IMG/VR virus record: IMGVR_UViG_3300023174_000197
Location: 1 to 56,751 of that record
Strand: one strand, 5' to 3'
Source: a virus
Lineage: Duplodnaviria; Caudoviricetes
Length of the DNA: 56,751 bases
Shown here: in pieces, positions 1-8,958 of the stretch
Layout of the letters: each line of letters begins with the position of its first letter
Position numbering within the stretch: position 1 is the first letter of the stretch
Made by a program: the position numbers and the translations under genes
The notes under the pieces: generated by a model
What the model was told of the DNA's origin: nothing
Databases searched by the model: none
What the model saw: the letters and a program-made list of their open reading frames with translations, nothing else

Positions 1-942
1 CAAACCTCTTTGTTTCAAATCAGTGATGAGCATTGCATATGCTTTATCAAAGTTAATCATGTTGGTTTCAAATGCGCTTTTGAGATTGCTGTGATGATCC
101 CACCCACCATAAGTCACTGTCACCATGCGCACTCCTGCTTCCACCAGTCGGCGAGACAACAACAATCTTTGGCCAGCAGCATTTCTACCATATGCATCAC
201 GCATCATTTCTGTTTCTTTGCTCAATTCAAATGCTTCTCGTGCTTGTGTTGATGAAACCATGCTGTATGCATCATTGTAAAATGAGTCCATGGCCTTGAC
301 TGCATCCACATGTGATTCTTTGGTTCTGAAATAATCATCCACTGCACCCAGCAATGATTTGCGGCGACTCAACATTTGATCATCTGCACCGCGTGGAGCG
401 TTCAAGTCCTTTACGGAGAACGATGGATCCTCTGGGTTTGCCCCTGTGGCAAATGGTCCGTAACGTGTTGATAGATATCCTGTGCCGTTCTCAGGAGCAA
501 ATTGATTTGGCACTAATACATATGCTGGCAAATTGTTTCTGTTGCCCAATTGATGATTGACAACTGTACCAAAAGATGGATATGCCAAAGCAGGTGAAGG
601 TTTGTATCCAGTCAGCATGTTGTGGACGCCGCGCTCATGAGCTGCTTCACCATGAGTCATGCTTCTGATGATGGTCAAGTTGTCGCTGATGTTGGCTGTG
701 TTTTGCAGCAATGCACCAAAGTGCACATCAGCAATTTTGGTCTTGATGCCTGCAAATGGTCCACGATATTCAGAAGAACCATTGGGTTTGTAATCCCATG
801 CATCTTGATGCGCAATGCCACCAGGCAAAAAGATCTGAATTACAGAAGTGGCACGAGCTTTGGATGGTTGTTGACTGCGCAACATTGTTGGTAATGAGAT
901 GCCAGCTGCTGCACCAATGCGGAGAATTTCTCTACGATTCAT
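1..942 (-). CDS. DUF1501 domain-containing protein (partial, runs off left edge)
   Basis: Not in the ORF track. Manual translation: MNRREILRIGAAAG...SVIQIFLPGGIAHQDAWDYKP...IRSMTHGEAAH...GQRLLLSRRLVEAGVRMV...GGWDHH...LITDLKQRGL, which carries typical DUF1501 motifs and a Tat-like RR N-terminus. TAAATA lies 5 nt upstream. Confidence 0.85.
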   Translation of the reverse strand, partial: MNRREILRIGAAAGISLPTMLRSQQPSKARATSVIQIFLPGGIAHQDAWDYKPNGSSEYRGPFAGIKTKIADVHFGALLQNTANISDNLTIIRSMTHGEAAHERGVHNMLTGYKPSPALAYPSFGTVVNHQLGNRNNLPAYVLVPNQFAPENGTGYLSTRYGPFATGANPEDPSFSVKDLNAPRGADDQMLSRRKSLLGAVDDYFRTKESHVDAVKAMDSFYNDAYSMVSSTQAREAFELSKETEMMRDAYGRNAAGQRLLLSRRLVEAGVRMVTVTYGGWDHHSNLKSAFETNMINFDKAYAMLITDLKQRGL

Positions 943-968
943 AACTGTATTTAATATACAGCAATGTC

Positions 969-1403
969 TTAGCTTTGCAACACTTTGACTGCATTTGTTA
1001 GCTCTTTGACAGATGCTTGCAACATTTGCTGAGCCTTGATGGGCACAAACTGACCAATGAGAGACAGTGCATTGAGCAAGTTTTGCATTTGTGGAGCCAT
1101 TTGCTGAACAATTTGTACATCAGAAGGAGCCAAATACAATGATGCAAATTGAGGAGAGCTGAAAATTTGATCAGCTTGTTGAAATGCTTGTGCAACTTGC
1201 GCTTGTTGTTGCTGCACTGCAGCTGCATCTGGATTTTGAGTCAATGTATCCATGATGTTATTTTTGCCAAAGTAGTTGATGAATGCATCTGTAGCAACCA
1301 TGGCACGATCCAGTGCTGCTGTCTTTTGAGGTTCAGATGCTGCACCTTTGCGTAAATTTTGCAACACTTGCTCGTATCGTTCTATGATGTTGTAGTATCT
1401 CAT
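969..1403 (-). CDS. hypothetical Gln-rich protein, possible virion protein
   Basis: 144-aa ORF coupled to the upstream lysozyme gene. Confidence 0.7.
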   Translation of the reverse strand: MRYYNIIERYEQVLQNLRKGAASEPQKTAALDRAMVATDAFINYFGKNNIMDTLTQNPDAAAVQQQQAQVAQAFQQADQIFSSPQFASLYLAPSDVQIVQQMAPQMQNLLNALSLIGQFVPIKAQQMLQASVKELTNAVKVLQS

Positions 1404-2062
1404 TACATTTTAGATGCTAAGTCTGCTTCTGCATTGCGGCGATTCACAAGTCCTTGCAGCACCTGTCCATTTGCTGTTTTGATGCCATTACGAATTGCTT
1501 GAGGGATATTGTTGGGATCTCCACCAGCACGTTTAAACACACCTTCAACTCTGCCTGTATTAAAATCATAACTTATGAGAGCAGCACGTTGATTGCTGTT
1601 CAATTGCATGTTGTTTTGTGCAGCATATTTATCAACACGCTGTTCATGTGCTTTGAGTTCTTGACGCAGCCTTGCATCTGCTTGTGCAGGTGTAATGGTT
1701 TCATTTGGTTGGCCTCTGGTGCCATACCCAATAGAATGCTGCGCATAATCCCAAACTGCTTTAGGAGCAAATCCTTCTGCTTTTTTAATGAAGTCAACAT
1801 AGTCACCACTGCTTGTTGATGGAGCAGTTGATGGAGCAGTTAAAGTTGATTGCGAACCTACAGTTGCAGTACTTGTACTAGGTGGTTGTGTACCAGCACC
1901 TGTTTGCTTTGCACCTGATACATTGACATTTATTTCAGGTGCAACATCAACAACTTGCTTTTGCATTGTTGGAGTGTATACACCTGGAATAGCAGGCAAT
2001 GAAACAGCTTCTGTCAGCTGCAAATGTAGTTCTGCTCGTTGCACCAATTGTTGCCAATTCAT
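1403..2062 (-). CDS. lysozyme (GH24 family) domain protein with Ser/Thr-rich linker
   Basis: FIKKAEGF...WD...SIGYG, ALISYDFNTG, GLVNRRNAE motifs; TATAAATA 5 nt upstream. Confidence 0.85.
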   Translation of the reverse strand: MNWQQLVQRAELHLQLTEAVSLPAIPGVYTPTMQKQVVDVAPEINVNVSGAKQTGAGTQPPSTSTATVGSQSTLTAPSTAPSTSSGDYVDFIKKAEGFAPKAVWDYAQHSIGYGTRGQPNETITPAQADARLRQELKAHEQRVDKYAAQNNMQLNSNQRAALISYDFNTGRVEGVFKRAGGDPNNIPQAIRNGIKTANGQVLQGLVNRRNAEADLASKM

Positions 2063-2080
2063 GCAGTTATTTATAGCAGA

Positions 2081-2782
2081 TTACCTATTGAAAAGACCAC
2101 CTTTGCTAAACAATGGCTTGATGCTTGACTTGCCACCAGTCCGGGATGGTTGAGCATTAACATTACTAGCTGGTGCAGCTGGTGCTTTAGCAGGTGCTGG
2201 TGCAGGTTCATACACGGATTTAGCTGTTAATGGCGTTCCTGCCTTTTGAAGACCTTGAATACGCTCCATTTTCTTTTTATCCATACTGCTGTTGGCATCA
2301 TAAGTTGTCCCATGAAACTTCTTAAAAACATCTGCTCCTGCATCTTGTGGTGCTGGTTTTGGTGTTGGTGTTGGTGCAGGTTTTGCAGCTGGTATATCCT
2401 TTTGTGTTGGATACATGCCTGGTCCACCACTAGCCATTGGATTAACAGCTCCAGATGGTGAAGGTGCATTGAGACCTGCATTTAAAGCAGTTCCTAAAGC
2501 AGCTGCACCTGCAACAGGTGCTACTACACGAGTTGCTAATCTACCAGCTTCTTGGCCTTTGGACATTGCTCGACCTGTTGCTGTATTTCTGAGCTGCTTT
2601 TGTGCAACTGACATTGGCTTAGCTCCTAAAATTTTCTGCCCTACATTTGTTTTTCCTAAATATCTTGCACCTTTTGATCCAAGATTTATTGCTCCAGTTG
2701 CAAGGTCTCCAAACAGACCTTCATTTGCAATCTGTGTTGCATACTTTTCAAAAATTATTTCATTATCCTGTGAGTTGTTCAT
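2081..2782 (-). CDS. Ala/Pro-rich hypothetical protein, putative internal virion protein
   Basis: 233-aa ORF with late promoter; shares a ~40-aa domain with 2787..3998. Confidence 0.7.
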   Translation of the reverse strand: MNNSQDNEIIFEKYATQIANEGLFGDLATGAINLGSKGARYLGKTNVGQKILGAKPMSVAQKQLRNTATGRAMSKGQEAGRLATRVVAPVAGAAALGTALNAGLNAPSPSGAVNPMASGGPGMYPTQKDIPAAKPAPTPTPKPAPQDAGADVFKKFHGTTYDANSSMDKKKMERIQGLQKAGTPLTAKSVYEPAPAPAKAPAAPASNVNAQPSRTGGKSSIKPLFSKGGLFNR

Positions 2783-2786
2783 ACGT

Positions 2787-3998
2787 TTATTTATTCATGC
2801 TATGCTGCAAGTAATCAATTAATGCATTAAAATTATCAGCCAACATGCCAGCAGCTTTAGCTTTTTGCTGAGCTTTTGGAGTCAACGCAGAGCCTTGTTT
2901 AGCACCAAAATAACTTTTAGCTGCATCCCATATGGAGCTGCCTGTCTCAGCAGCTTTAACACCACCACGTGTAATAGTTTCAACTGGATTTACAGCAGCA
3001 TCATATGCTGTTTGTGCAGCCATTTGTCCATATTTGCCTTGATCAACTAAATCAATGTCTATTTGATTTTTTGACTGCAAGTTTTGTTTAAATGCTTCTG
3101 GATTCTTGTTGTAGTTGTATATCATCTTGCCCGCCTCAAAAGCTGGAGCTGCTACGCCTGCCAATTTAGCTCCTAATCCTGTGGTAGCTGCCTTTGCACC
3201 TACACCTAATAAACTCTTAGCACCAGCAATCTGTGCAGGTACATCTATTGAACCTCCAATAATATCTGCTCCTGTTGCAACTGGAGCTGCTTCAAATTCT
3301 TGTGCAACGGTTTTTGCAGCTGCTGCTGGTGTAGTACCAGCTGCTGGTACTCTGCCTTGAGATTGTGCAAATGCTGCTGTATCTACTTTTCCGCTCGCAT
3401 CTCTAAATTGATTAGCTGGTGCTGCTGGCTTAGCAGGTGCTGGTGCTGCTGGCTTAGCAGGTGCTGGTGCTGCGGGCGTTGCTGGTTTTGGTGCAGCTGG
3501 TGCAGCAGGTGTTGATGCTGGTTTAGCTGTTGAAGAAGCAGGCTTATTTTGCATAGCACTGTAGATGTTTTGAGCATTGAGTGTTTTGCCTTGGCTTTGC
3601 AAATCCTGAATAACCTTCATCTTACCAGCATCCATGGTGCTACCTGCATTGTATGCACCTGCTTTGCCGCCGCCCATGTATTTGTTGAAAGCAGCAATAG
3701 CACCTTGATTAGGTTTATTATTAGCTGCAGCAGCTGGTGCAGCTGGTGCAGCTGGTGTAGCAGCTGGTGTAGCAGCTGGTGTAGCTGGTGTAGCAGCTGG
3801 TGTACCAGTGATAGATGAAGATGCAGGTGCGCCTCTTGGTTGTGCAGCTGGTGCAGCATTCATGCGCATAACATCTTCTCCGCGTTGCTTTAACATTCCT
3901 GCTTGACCAATTCCAGGTGAATTTGTATATACAGGTTTTACTGCTTCTAAAATAGAATGTTCATACAATGCCCAAATTTTATTGCTCTCAGTCGACAT
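2787..3998 (-). CDS. Ala/Pro-rich hypothetical protein, putative internal virion protein
   Basis: Start moved to MSTESN (TAAATA-N5-ATG); PAA and PAPAK repeats. Confidence 0.7.
   Translation of the reverse strand: MSTESNKIWALYEHSILEAVKPVYTNSPGIGQAGMLKQRGEDVMRMNAAPAAQPRGAPASSSITGTPAATPATPAATPAATPAAPAAPAAAANNKPNQGAIAAFNKYMGGGKAGAYNAGSTMDAGKMKVIQDLQSQGKTLNAQNIYSAMQNKPASSTAKPASTPAAPAAPKPATPAAPAPAKPAAPAPAKPAAPANQFRDASGKVDTAAFAQSQGRVPAAGTTPAAAAKTVAQEFEAAPVATGADIIGGSIDVPAQIAGAKSLLGVGAKAATTGLGAKLAGVAAPAFEAGKMIYNYNKNPEAFKQNLQSKNQIDIDLVDQGKYGQMAAQTAYDAAVNPVETITRGGVKAAETGSSIWDAAKSYFGAKQGSALTPKAQQKAKAAGMLADNFNALIDYLQHSMNK
3412..3805. repeat. intragenic tandem repeats (24-bp x2; 9/12-bp gcagctggt units) encoding Pro/Ala linkers
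   Basis: gctggtgctgctggcttagcaggt x2 near 3415-3470; gcagctggt(gta) run near 3727-3800. Confidence 0.8.
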
Positions 3999-4002
3999 AT
4001 GG

Positions 4003-4365
4003 TTATTTAAGTAATTGATGCTGCAAAGAGTCAATTACATAGTTGAAATTGTCCTGCAGCGTTCTTTTTAGGTGAGCTATGTTGATGTTGCTGCGATGTT
4101 CTTCTTGTTCTTCTTGCTCATCTTGCGCTTGTTGTTCATCTTGTGATACAACAGATGGTGCAGGTGCAGCAGTCATTTGTGGCTGCGCACGTACAATGGT
4201 TTGTGGTTGTGGCATCACTTGCACATTGACTTGTGGTGCTACTTGTGGCTTTTGAGCTGCAGCATTCAACTGCGTTGCTTTTTTGTCATTGTTGGTGGGT
4301 TGGTATTGTGGAGGCTGTGCAGCAGTCTGTTCATACAAGGCCCAAATTTCATTGCATTCATTCAT
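4003..4365 (-). CDS. Gln/Pro-rich hypothetical protein
   Basis: Start MNECNEIWALYEQ after TAAATA-N5; both termini resemble 2787..3998 (IWALYE; DNFNxxIDxLQH). Confidence 0.7.
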   Translation of the reverse strand: MNECNEIWALYEQTAAQPPQYQPTNNDKKATQLNAAAQKPQVAPQVNVQVMPQPQTIVRAQPQMTAAPAPSVVSQDEQQAQDEQEEQEEHRSNINIAHLKRTLQDNFNYVIDSLQHQLLK

Positions 4366-4370
4366 GTGTA

Positions 4371-4394
4371 TATTTATGAAGGTGTTTATAAATA
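4371..4394. promoter_or_regulatory. back-to-back T4-like late promoters
   Basis: TAAATA on - (4371-4376) and TATAAATA on + (about 4387-4394) between divergent ORFs. Confidence 0.55.
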
Positions 4395-4405
4395 AATGAC
4401 ACAGC

Positions 4406-4762
4406 ATGCATTTTACCAAACCAACTGCCAAATCATACATTTATGATGCTCATTTGTCTCAACAAGAGATGTTGCAACTGTTGATGCGGCACGGCAGCAT
4501 CAAGCCTAAAAACATTTTGAGCATGAAGCCAGGTTTAAATAATTTGAATGCTGCAGTTTTGGACAACATTGAGAACATTGGTACAGCTGTTGCATGCACC
4601 ATTTTGATGCTGAGTTTACCGCCTGCAGCAGAGTATGCAGCAATGCAAAGTGCAGAGTATACTTTTCACAAAGCATTGGCTGACAACAACAGCATCATCA
4701 ATGCATTGCATGTGTACAGTGATGATGGTAGTGACATCTTTATAGCACCAGTCTATATTTGA
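4406..4762 (+). CDS. hypothetical protein
   Basis: 118-aa ORF downstream of TATAAATA. Confidence 0.55.
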   Translation: MHFTKPTAKSYIYDAHLSQQEMLQLLMRHGSIKPKNILSMKPGLNNLNAAVLDNIENIGTAVACTILMLSLPPAAEYAAMQSAEYTFHKALADNNSIINALHVYSDDGSDIFIAPVYI

Positions 4763-4784
4763 TGATGCTGTATAAATACAACAT

Positions 4785-5087
4785 ATGACTCAAGTACCAG
4801 TTGAAGAAGCTTTGCGCACCATGGTGTATGCATTCAATGATGCAGTGGAAGCTGTGTATGATGAAGCTCAGTACATGCCAGATTATGGTGCCACCATGCG
4901 CATGCAACATCACTTGGCATTGTTGGCTGGTGCACTGGAGACTGTGATACACATATTGTTGTATCCATTGAATCCTAGATTGGACATGAGCGATCGCAGC
5001 ATGGAGCAAGCTGAAAACTACTTGGGTCAATATGATGAGTTTGGCGTGGCCATTGTGTATCCCAGTGGTGAAGAAATGATGTTTTGA
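4785..5087 (+). CDS. hypothetical protein
   Basis: 100-aa ORF; TATAAATA-N6-ATG at 4771. Confidence 0.7.
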   Translation: MTQVPVEEALRTMVYAFNDAVEAVYDEAQYMPDYGATMRMQHHLALLAGALETVIHILLYPLNPRLDMSDRSMEQAENYLGQYDEFGVAIVYPSGEEMMF

Positions 5088-5231
5088 TCATTGCATGATT
5101 TCATCCAGCATGCTCTGAATTTCACTCAACAGTGCAGCTGTTTCTTCTTCTTGCAATTGTTCATTGGTCATGCACTCTGCAACATTGGTCAAATGTTCCA
5201 AACATTTTTCTAAACATGTGATGATGCTCAT
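5088..5231 (-). CDS. small acidic hypothetical protein (47 aa)
   Basis: Manual ORF MSIITCLEK...; TAAATA-N6-ATG. Confidence 0.55.
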   Translation of the reverse strand: MSIITCLEKCLEHLTNVAECMTNEQLQEEETAALLSEIQSMLDEIMQ

Positions 5232-5273
5232 TTGTGGTATTTAGATCCATGGGCATTGATTTAGCAGAAAAAT

Positions 5274-5474
5274 TTATGATGCAACTATGATGCGTGCAAT
5301 TTTGTTGCATTGCATGTGTACATCACGCAGCTGCCTGTGAAAGTTGTTGTTGACGAGGTCGCGAAGAGATGATTTCCACTGACGCAGCCTGGCAGCATGC
5401 GTCAATGTTGCTTTGGCATTGTCTGTTGTCATCTCAGCTGCAATGCGCAGGTTGTATTGTTGTTGTTGTGTCAT
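5274..5474 (-). CDS. helical microprotein (array member)
   Basis: 66 aa, ATGA overlap with neighbour. Confidence 0.65.
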   Translation of the reverse strand: MTQQQQYNLRIAAEMTTDNAKATLTHAARLRQWKSSLRDLVNNNFHRQLRDVHMQCNKIARIIVAS

Positions 5475-5674
5475 AGCAATATGATGCGAATGATGTCATT
5501 GCAATGCGTTGCAACTCGATTGATGCAGTAAATGATGTTTTTCTTGGACAGTTGATCAGCTGTTTGTATGTATTGTGCAGCATATATTACAGTTAACCTG
5601 CTGTTGGTGCCTGCTGAATTTGCTGATGCATTGATGCGGTGCAGTTGACTGCGGCTGAAGCGTTTGATGTTCAT
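5471..5674 (-). CDS. helical microprotein (array member)
   Basis: 67 aa; KNIxxCI...HCNxIxRI shared with 5696..5893. Confidence 0.7.
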   Translation of the reverse strand: MNIKRFSRSQLHRINASANSAGTNSRLTVIYAAQYIQTADQLSKKNIIYCINRVATHCNDIIRIILL

Positions 5675-5695
5675 ATTTTAAAAGATGATGATGTA

Positions 5696-5893
5696 CTACA
5701 GAATGCGAAAGATGGCATTGCAATGATGAACAATTTGGCTGATGCAAAACTTGATGTTTTTTTCAGCAGCATAATTGTTGTGTGCAATAGGATCACCCAG
5801 CCGGCGAGCATAAAGGAATGCCTTGATGGCATAGTCATTTATGATTTGCGCTGTATCATTCAGCTGATTCATTTGTTTTTGGACGATTTTCAT
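5696..5893 (-). CDS. helical microprotein (array member)
   Basis: 65 aa, ATGA overlap. Confidence 0.7.
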   Translation of the reverse strand: MKIVQKQMNQLNDTAQIINDYAIKAFLYARRLGDPIAHNNYAAEKNIKFCISQIVHHCNAIFRIL

Positions 5894-6123
5894 AGTTTAA
5901 AAGAGTGCATGCATTGCAACAATGCATCAATGATTGCGTTGCTCAAGTGTTGAATGTAATGCAATTGCAAATTGATTTGATTGCGAGTGTATTCAGTGGA
6001 TGAAGAATGTTGTGTTGGTTGAGTGTAAAGATGCATGGCATTGACATGGCCAAGGGCTTGAAGTGCATGATTGTAGATGACGTTGATGACGCGCAGCTGC
6101 TTGTTGTTGAAGTTTTTGCTCAT
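5890..6123 (-). CDS. helical microprotein (array member)
   Basis: Start MSKNF at the ATGA overlap. Confidence 0.65.
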   Translation of the reverse strand: MSKNFNNKQLRVINVIYNHALQALGHVNAMHLYTQPTQHSSSTEYTRNQINLQLHYIQHLSNAIIDALLQCMHSFKL

Positions 6124-6371
6124 ATGAACATGTTGGTGAGACTGTGCCACAATGCTAGTGCTGCATCAATGGCCAGCCGACACTGATGGTAATTCCATTG
6201 AGACACTTGCTGAGGACTCTGTGCACCTTTGGATGCTACATTGGGCTGCTTGTGAAACTCATGGCCACGATCAGCATACCATGCAGCTGTTTTGAAATTT
6301 TGAGTCATGTGTTGTGCTGCACTGTTGAAATATTTCAACTGTTGGGGTTGCATGGGCTTGTTTTTGCTCAT
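6120..6371 (-). CDS. helical microprotein (array member)
   Basis: Paralog of 6368..6631 (KTAxxYAxRG...WNYxxC). Confidence 0.7.
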   Translation of the reverse strand: MSKNKPMQPQQLKYFNSAAQHMTQNFKTAAWYADRGHEFHKQPNVASKGAQSPQQVSQWNYHQCRLAIDAALALWHSLTNMFI

Positions 6372-6631
6372 AATGATGCTGTTAATATTCTGATGATGTC
6401 CATCAATTCATGACCTGATGCTTCAATGGTGTATTTGCATTCTCTGTAATTCCATGCAGCCAATTTTTCTCGAGTGGAAAAGTTGTTGGCAGCAGATGAT
6501 TTGAAATTGGTATCTACTAGTGTTTCATCGCCACGTTGAGCATAATGCAGTGCTGTCTTGTATATACGAGTAATATAATCAGCTGTTGCATTGATGTGCT
6601 TCAATTGTTTGTAATGCATCTTTTTGTTCAT
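6368..6631 (-). CDS. helical microprotein (array member)
   Basis: Paralog of 6120..6371. Confidence 0.7.
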   Translation of the reverse strand: MNKKMHYKQLKHINATADYITRIYKTALHYAQRGDETLVDTNFKSSAANNFSTREKLAAWNYRECKYTIEASGHELMDIIRILTASL

Positions 6632-6659
6632 GCTTGCATGTATTTAAGCAGCAGCTGAT

Positions 6660-6905
6660 GTACAAATTCTGCATTTTTTGCGCAAAAAAATTTTCTCCCG
6701 GATTCAGAGATTGCGAAACCCATGTAGCGAGAGCGAAACCCATTATGGAATTTGATAGCGATTGCGAGCAAGAACCCTATATGGGAGTTGATAGCGAATG
6801 AGAGCCTATATAGCAATTTGTAGCGAGAGCGCTAAAAAAATTTGGCATGCGGTTCTTTCTAACTTTTCTACGCTGCGTCCTTCTGACAAAAATTCACGAC
6901 GACGT
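6660..6905. repeat. non-coding CpG-rich region with palindrome, A-tracts and degenerate direct repeats
   Basis: ttttttgcgcaaaaaa palindrome 6674-6689; tgtagcgagagcg x2; ttgatagcga x2; gcgaaaccca x2. Confidence 0.6.
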
Positions 6906-7081
6906 CTGCATCATCGCTGCTATCATCGCTCGCTGCACACTGCAGCAGCTGCATGTACGCCTGCATTATACCCTTGCAATGAAACTCAATCCACTGTACA
7001 TTACTCCACTGATGCACACATGATGGGACATGCTTAGCGTGCCATTGCATACCATGCTCACATTGCATTGCAATGATCTTA

Positions 7082-7279
7082 TTATAGTTGACTATGTGCA
7101 TCATTTATGATGTTGATCATCTGCTGTGTTAATGAACAGACATCTTCAATGAACCACCTGGTCATGCGTGCATTGCTGACCACATACTTGGTACCATTAG
7201 CAGTGTCAGTGATGCCGCGTGCCAGGTACCTGGTGATCGTTGCTGCATCAGCACGCCATTGCACTGATGAATCACTCAT
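7082..7279 (-). CDS. hypothetical microprotein
   Basis: Start MSDSS directly after the stop of 7281..7766. Confidence 0.5.
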   Translation of the reverse strand: MSDSSVQWRADAATITRYLARGITDTANGTKYVVSNARMTRWFIEDVCSLTQQMINIINDAHSQL

Positions 7280-7280
7280 G

Positions 7281-7766
7281 TTACTTGGCAAAGTATTGGC
7301 TGCGCCCTTCAACGGTGACTGTGACACCTGTGGTTGCTTTGTAGCGTTGAGTAGCATGGCTGGGGTGGCGCCACCAGTAGTCCAGTTTGCCATCAGGCAT
7401 TGCGACGAATACTTTGGCACAATCTTCTGCACTCATCTGCAATGCCGCCTGCTGCACATGAATGCTAGCATATTCAACGTTGCACGTTGCATCAATGGTC
7501 ACAGGCACTGCAGCTTTCATCACAGGCGCAGCAGCTTTAACAGCAACAGCACCATGTCCTTTGCTGCAGGCGCGGCACTTGAATTGCGTCAACAGTGCAC
7601 GCAGGCTGCCAAACGTCTGAATGCGCTTGTGCAGATTGCCATTCTCTTTATTACCAAACATGGTGGTCGCACCATTGCAACAGGTGCACATCACATGCGG
7701 ATGAGTCAGCAGCTTGCCAGTGGTTTCATATGATGTGATGTTGCTGAGGATGTCTGTTTCGTTCAT
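7281..7766 (-). CDS. putative zinc-binding protein
   Basis: CTCC and CRAC CxxC pairs; sigma70-like promoter directly upstream. Confidence 0.65.
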   Translation of the reverse strand: MNETDILSNITSYETTGKLLTHPHVMCTCCNGATTMFGNKENGNLHKRIQTFGSLRALLTQFKCRACSKGHGAVAVKAAAPVMKAAVPVTIDATCNVEYASIHVQQAALQMSAEDCAKVFVAMPDGKLDYWWRHPSHATQRYKATTGVTVTVEGRSQYFAK

Positions 7767-7811
7767 GCTATTAATATGGCGGCCTTTTGAATGTATGCAA
7801 CTGGTTCTGCT

Positions 7812-8015
7812 TTATTTCTTAGCACTATCAACGATGTCTTGCAGCAGATGCACAATGCCATCCAGTACATCATTGGCGCTGGCCAAGTGTGATGCTGCTG
7901 CATAAGAATCTTGACATGCACCTTTGGCCAAGTATTTCATCTCCCGTGCATTGTCACGCTGCTGCACTTTGAGATCTTTGATGAGGGCTTTGACTTGCTG
8001 GAGTGTTTCGTTCAT
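7812..8015 (-). CDS. small coiled-coil hypothetical protein
   Basis: 67 aa; TTGCAC-N17-CATAAT-N6-ATG. Confidence 0.7.
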   Translation of the reverse strand: MNETLQQVKALIKDLKVQQRDNAREMKYLAKGACQDSYAAASHLASANDVLDGIVHLLQDIVDSAKK

Positions 8016-8070
8016 GTATATATTATGGCGGCGTTATGAATTGGTGCAACTGTTCCCCTAAATAAATGCA

Positions 8071-8286
8071 ATGAAAAAAGTATCCAATGCATCAATACAA
8101 CGCATGCGAGTAACGCAACGAGCACAGCGCATAGCAAGAGATTTCCGTGACGTGGATTGGTTTAGTGGTCCTACCATGATGGGCCGCGATCCTTCCTACT
8201 ATAGATCATATCAAGCCAGCCTGCAACATGCTGTATCAAAAGCACAAATCATCGTTGATGCATTGTTGCAGATGATGCATGGGTAG
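8071..8286 (+). CDS. helical microprotein (array member)
   Basis: TAAATA-aatgca-ATG. Confidence 0.7.
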   Translation: MKKVSNASIQRMRVTQRAQRIARDFRDVDWFSGPTMMGRDPSYYRSYQASLQHAVSKAQIIVDALLQMMHG

Positions 8287-8307
8287 TGGCGCAACTAAAT
8301 AACTGCA

Positions 8308-8505
8308 ATGAAACCCATCAACGTTCGCAACCATGCGTATACCCATGCATATGCCAAGGTTATATATGATTACTTGGCCAAGCCAAGGTATGCTCACTTG
8401 TATGACTCACCAAATGGCTGTCATTTCATAGTCAAGCAATGCATAGATCAGAGTCAATACATTGCGCAGCGCATCATGTCCAGCATCATGATGATCAATA
8501 AATAA
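8308..8505 (+). CDS. helical microprotein (array member)
   Basis: TAAATA-actgca-ATG. Confidence 0.7.
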   Translation: MKPINVRNHAYTHAYAKVIYDYLAKPRYAHLYDSPNGCHFIVKQCIDQSQYIAQRIMSSIMMINK

Positions 8506-8509
8506 CTGC

Positions 8510-8752
8510 ATGAAAATGACCAAACAAGATCGCGCTGAAGCATGCGAAAGACTCATTTATGAAATCAACTCATGGGCAGAGATGGCTTACAACTACGCAT
8601 CCAATGCTGATTTGGCTGACAATCTCAAGTATGCTCAAAGTCTTCGCATCAGCAAACCTCATTTGTATCATTTCATACAGCATGAACTTACAGACCGCTT
8701 TGCTAATGTGGCTCAGCGATTCAGCAAGCTGTTCAAGTTGCCTAATAAATAA
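8510..8752 (+). CDS. helical microprotein (array member)
   Basis: TAAATA-actgc-ATG; paralog of 8757..8951. Confidence 0.7.
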   Translation: MKMTKQDRAEACERLIYEINSWAEMAYNYASNADLADNLKYAQSLRISKPHLYHFIQHELTDRFANVAQRFSKLFKLPNK

Positions 8753-8756
8753 CTGC

Positions 8757-8951
8757 ATGAACACTATCAGGCGCGCCAAGACCATCAGTCAAGTCACCAC
8801 CTGGGCTATGTTGGCTCACAACTATGTGGCTAATCCCAACTTGTCCAAGCTGTTGAGTCATGACAATCCACGGCAACGCAATTTCATACTCAACAGCTTG
8901 AATGAACAGTACACTGAAATGGCGCACTTATTCAGCAAGTTGTGCAGGTGA
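8757..8951 (+). CDS. helical microprotein (array member)
   Basis: Start moved to MNTIRR (TAAATA-actgc-ATG); WAxxAxNY...FSKL shared with 8510..8752. Confidence 0.7.
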   Translation: MNTIRRAKTISQVTTWAMLAHNYVANPNLSKLLSHDNPRQRNFILNSLNEQYTEMAHLFSKLCR

Positions 8952-8958
8952 GTCAGGG

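Noticed and set aside
10-944. + strand ORFs at the window start
   Set aside because: The real gene is the - strand DUF1501 frame, which the track missed because it is truncated.
6628-7104. ORFs 6628..6816, 6798..7037 and 6868..7104
   Set aside because: They have atypical composition, overlap the repeat/palindrome island and show no family pattern.
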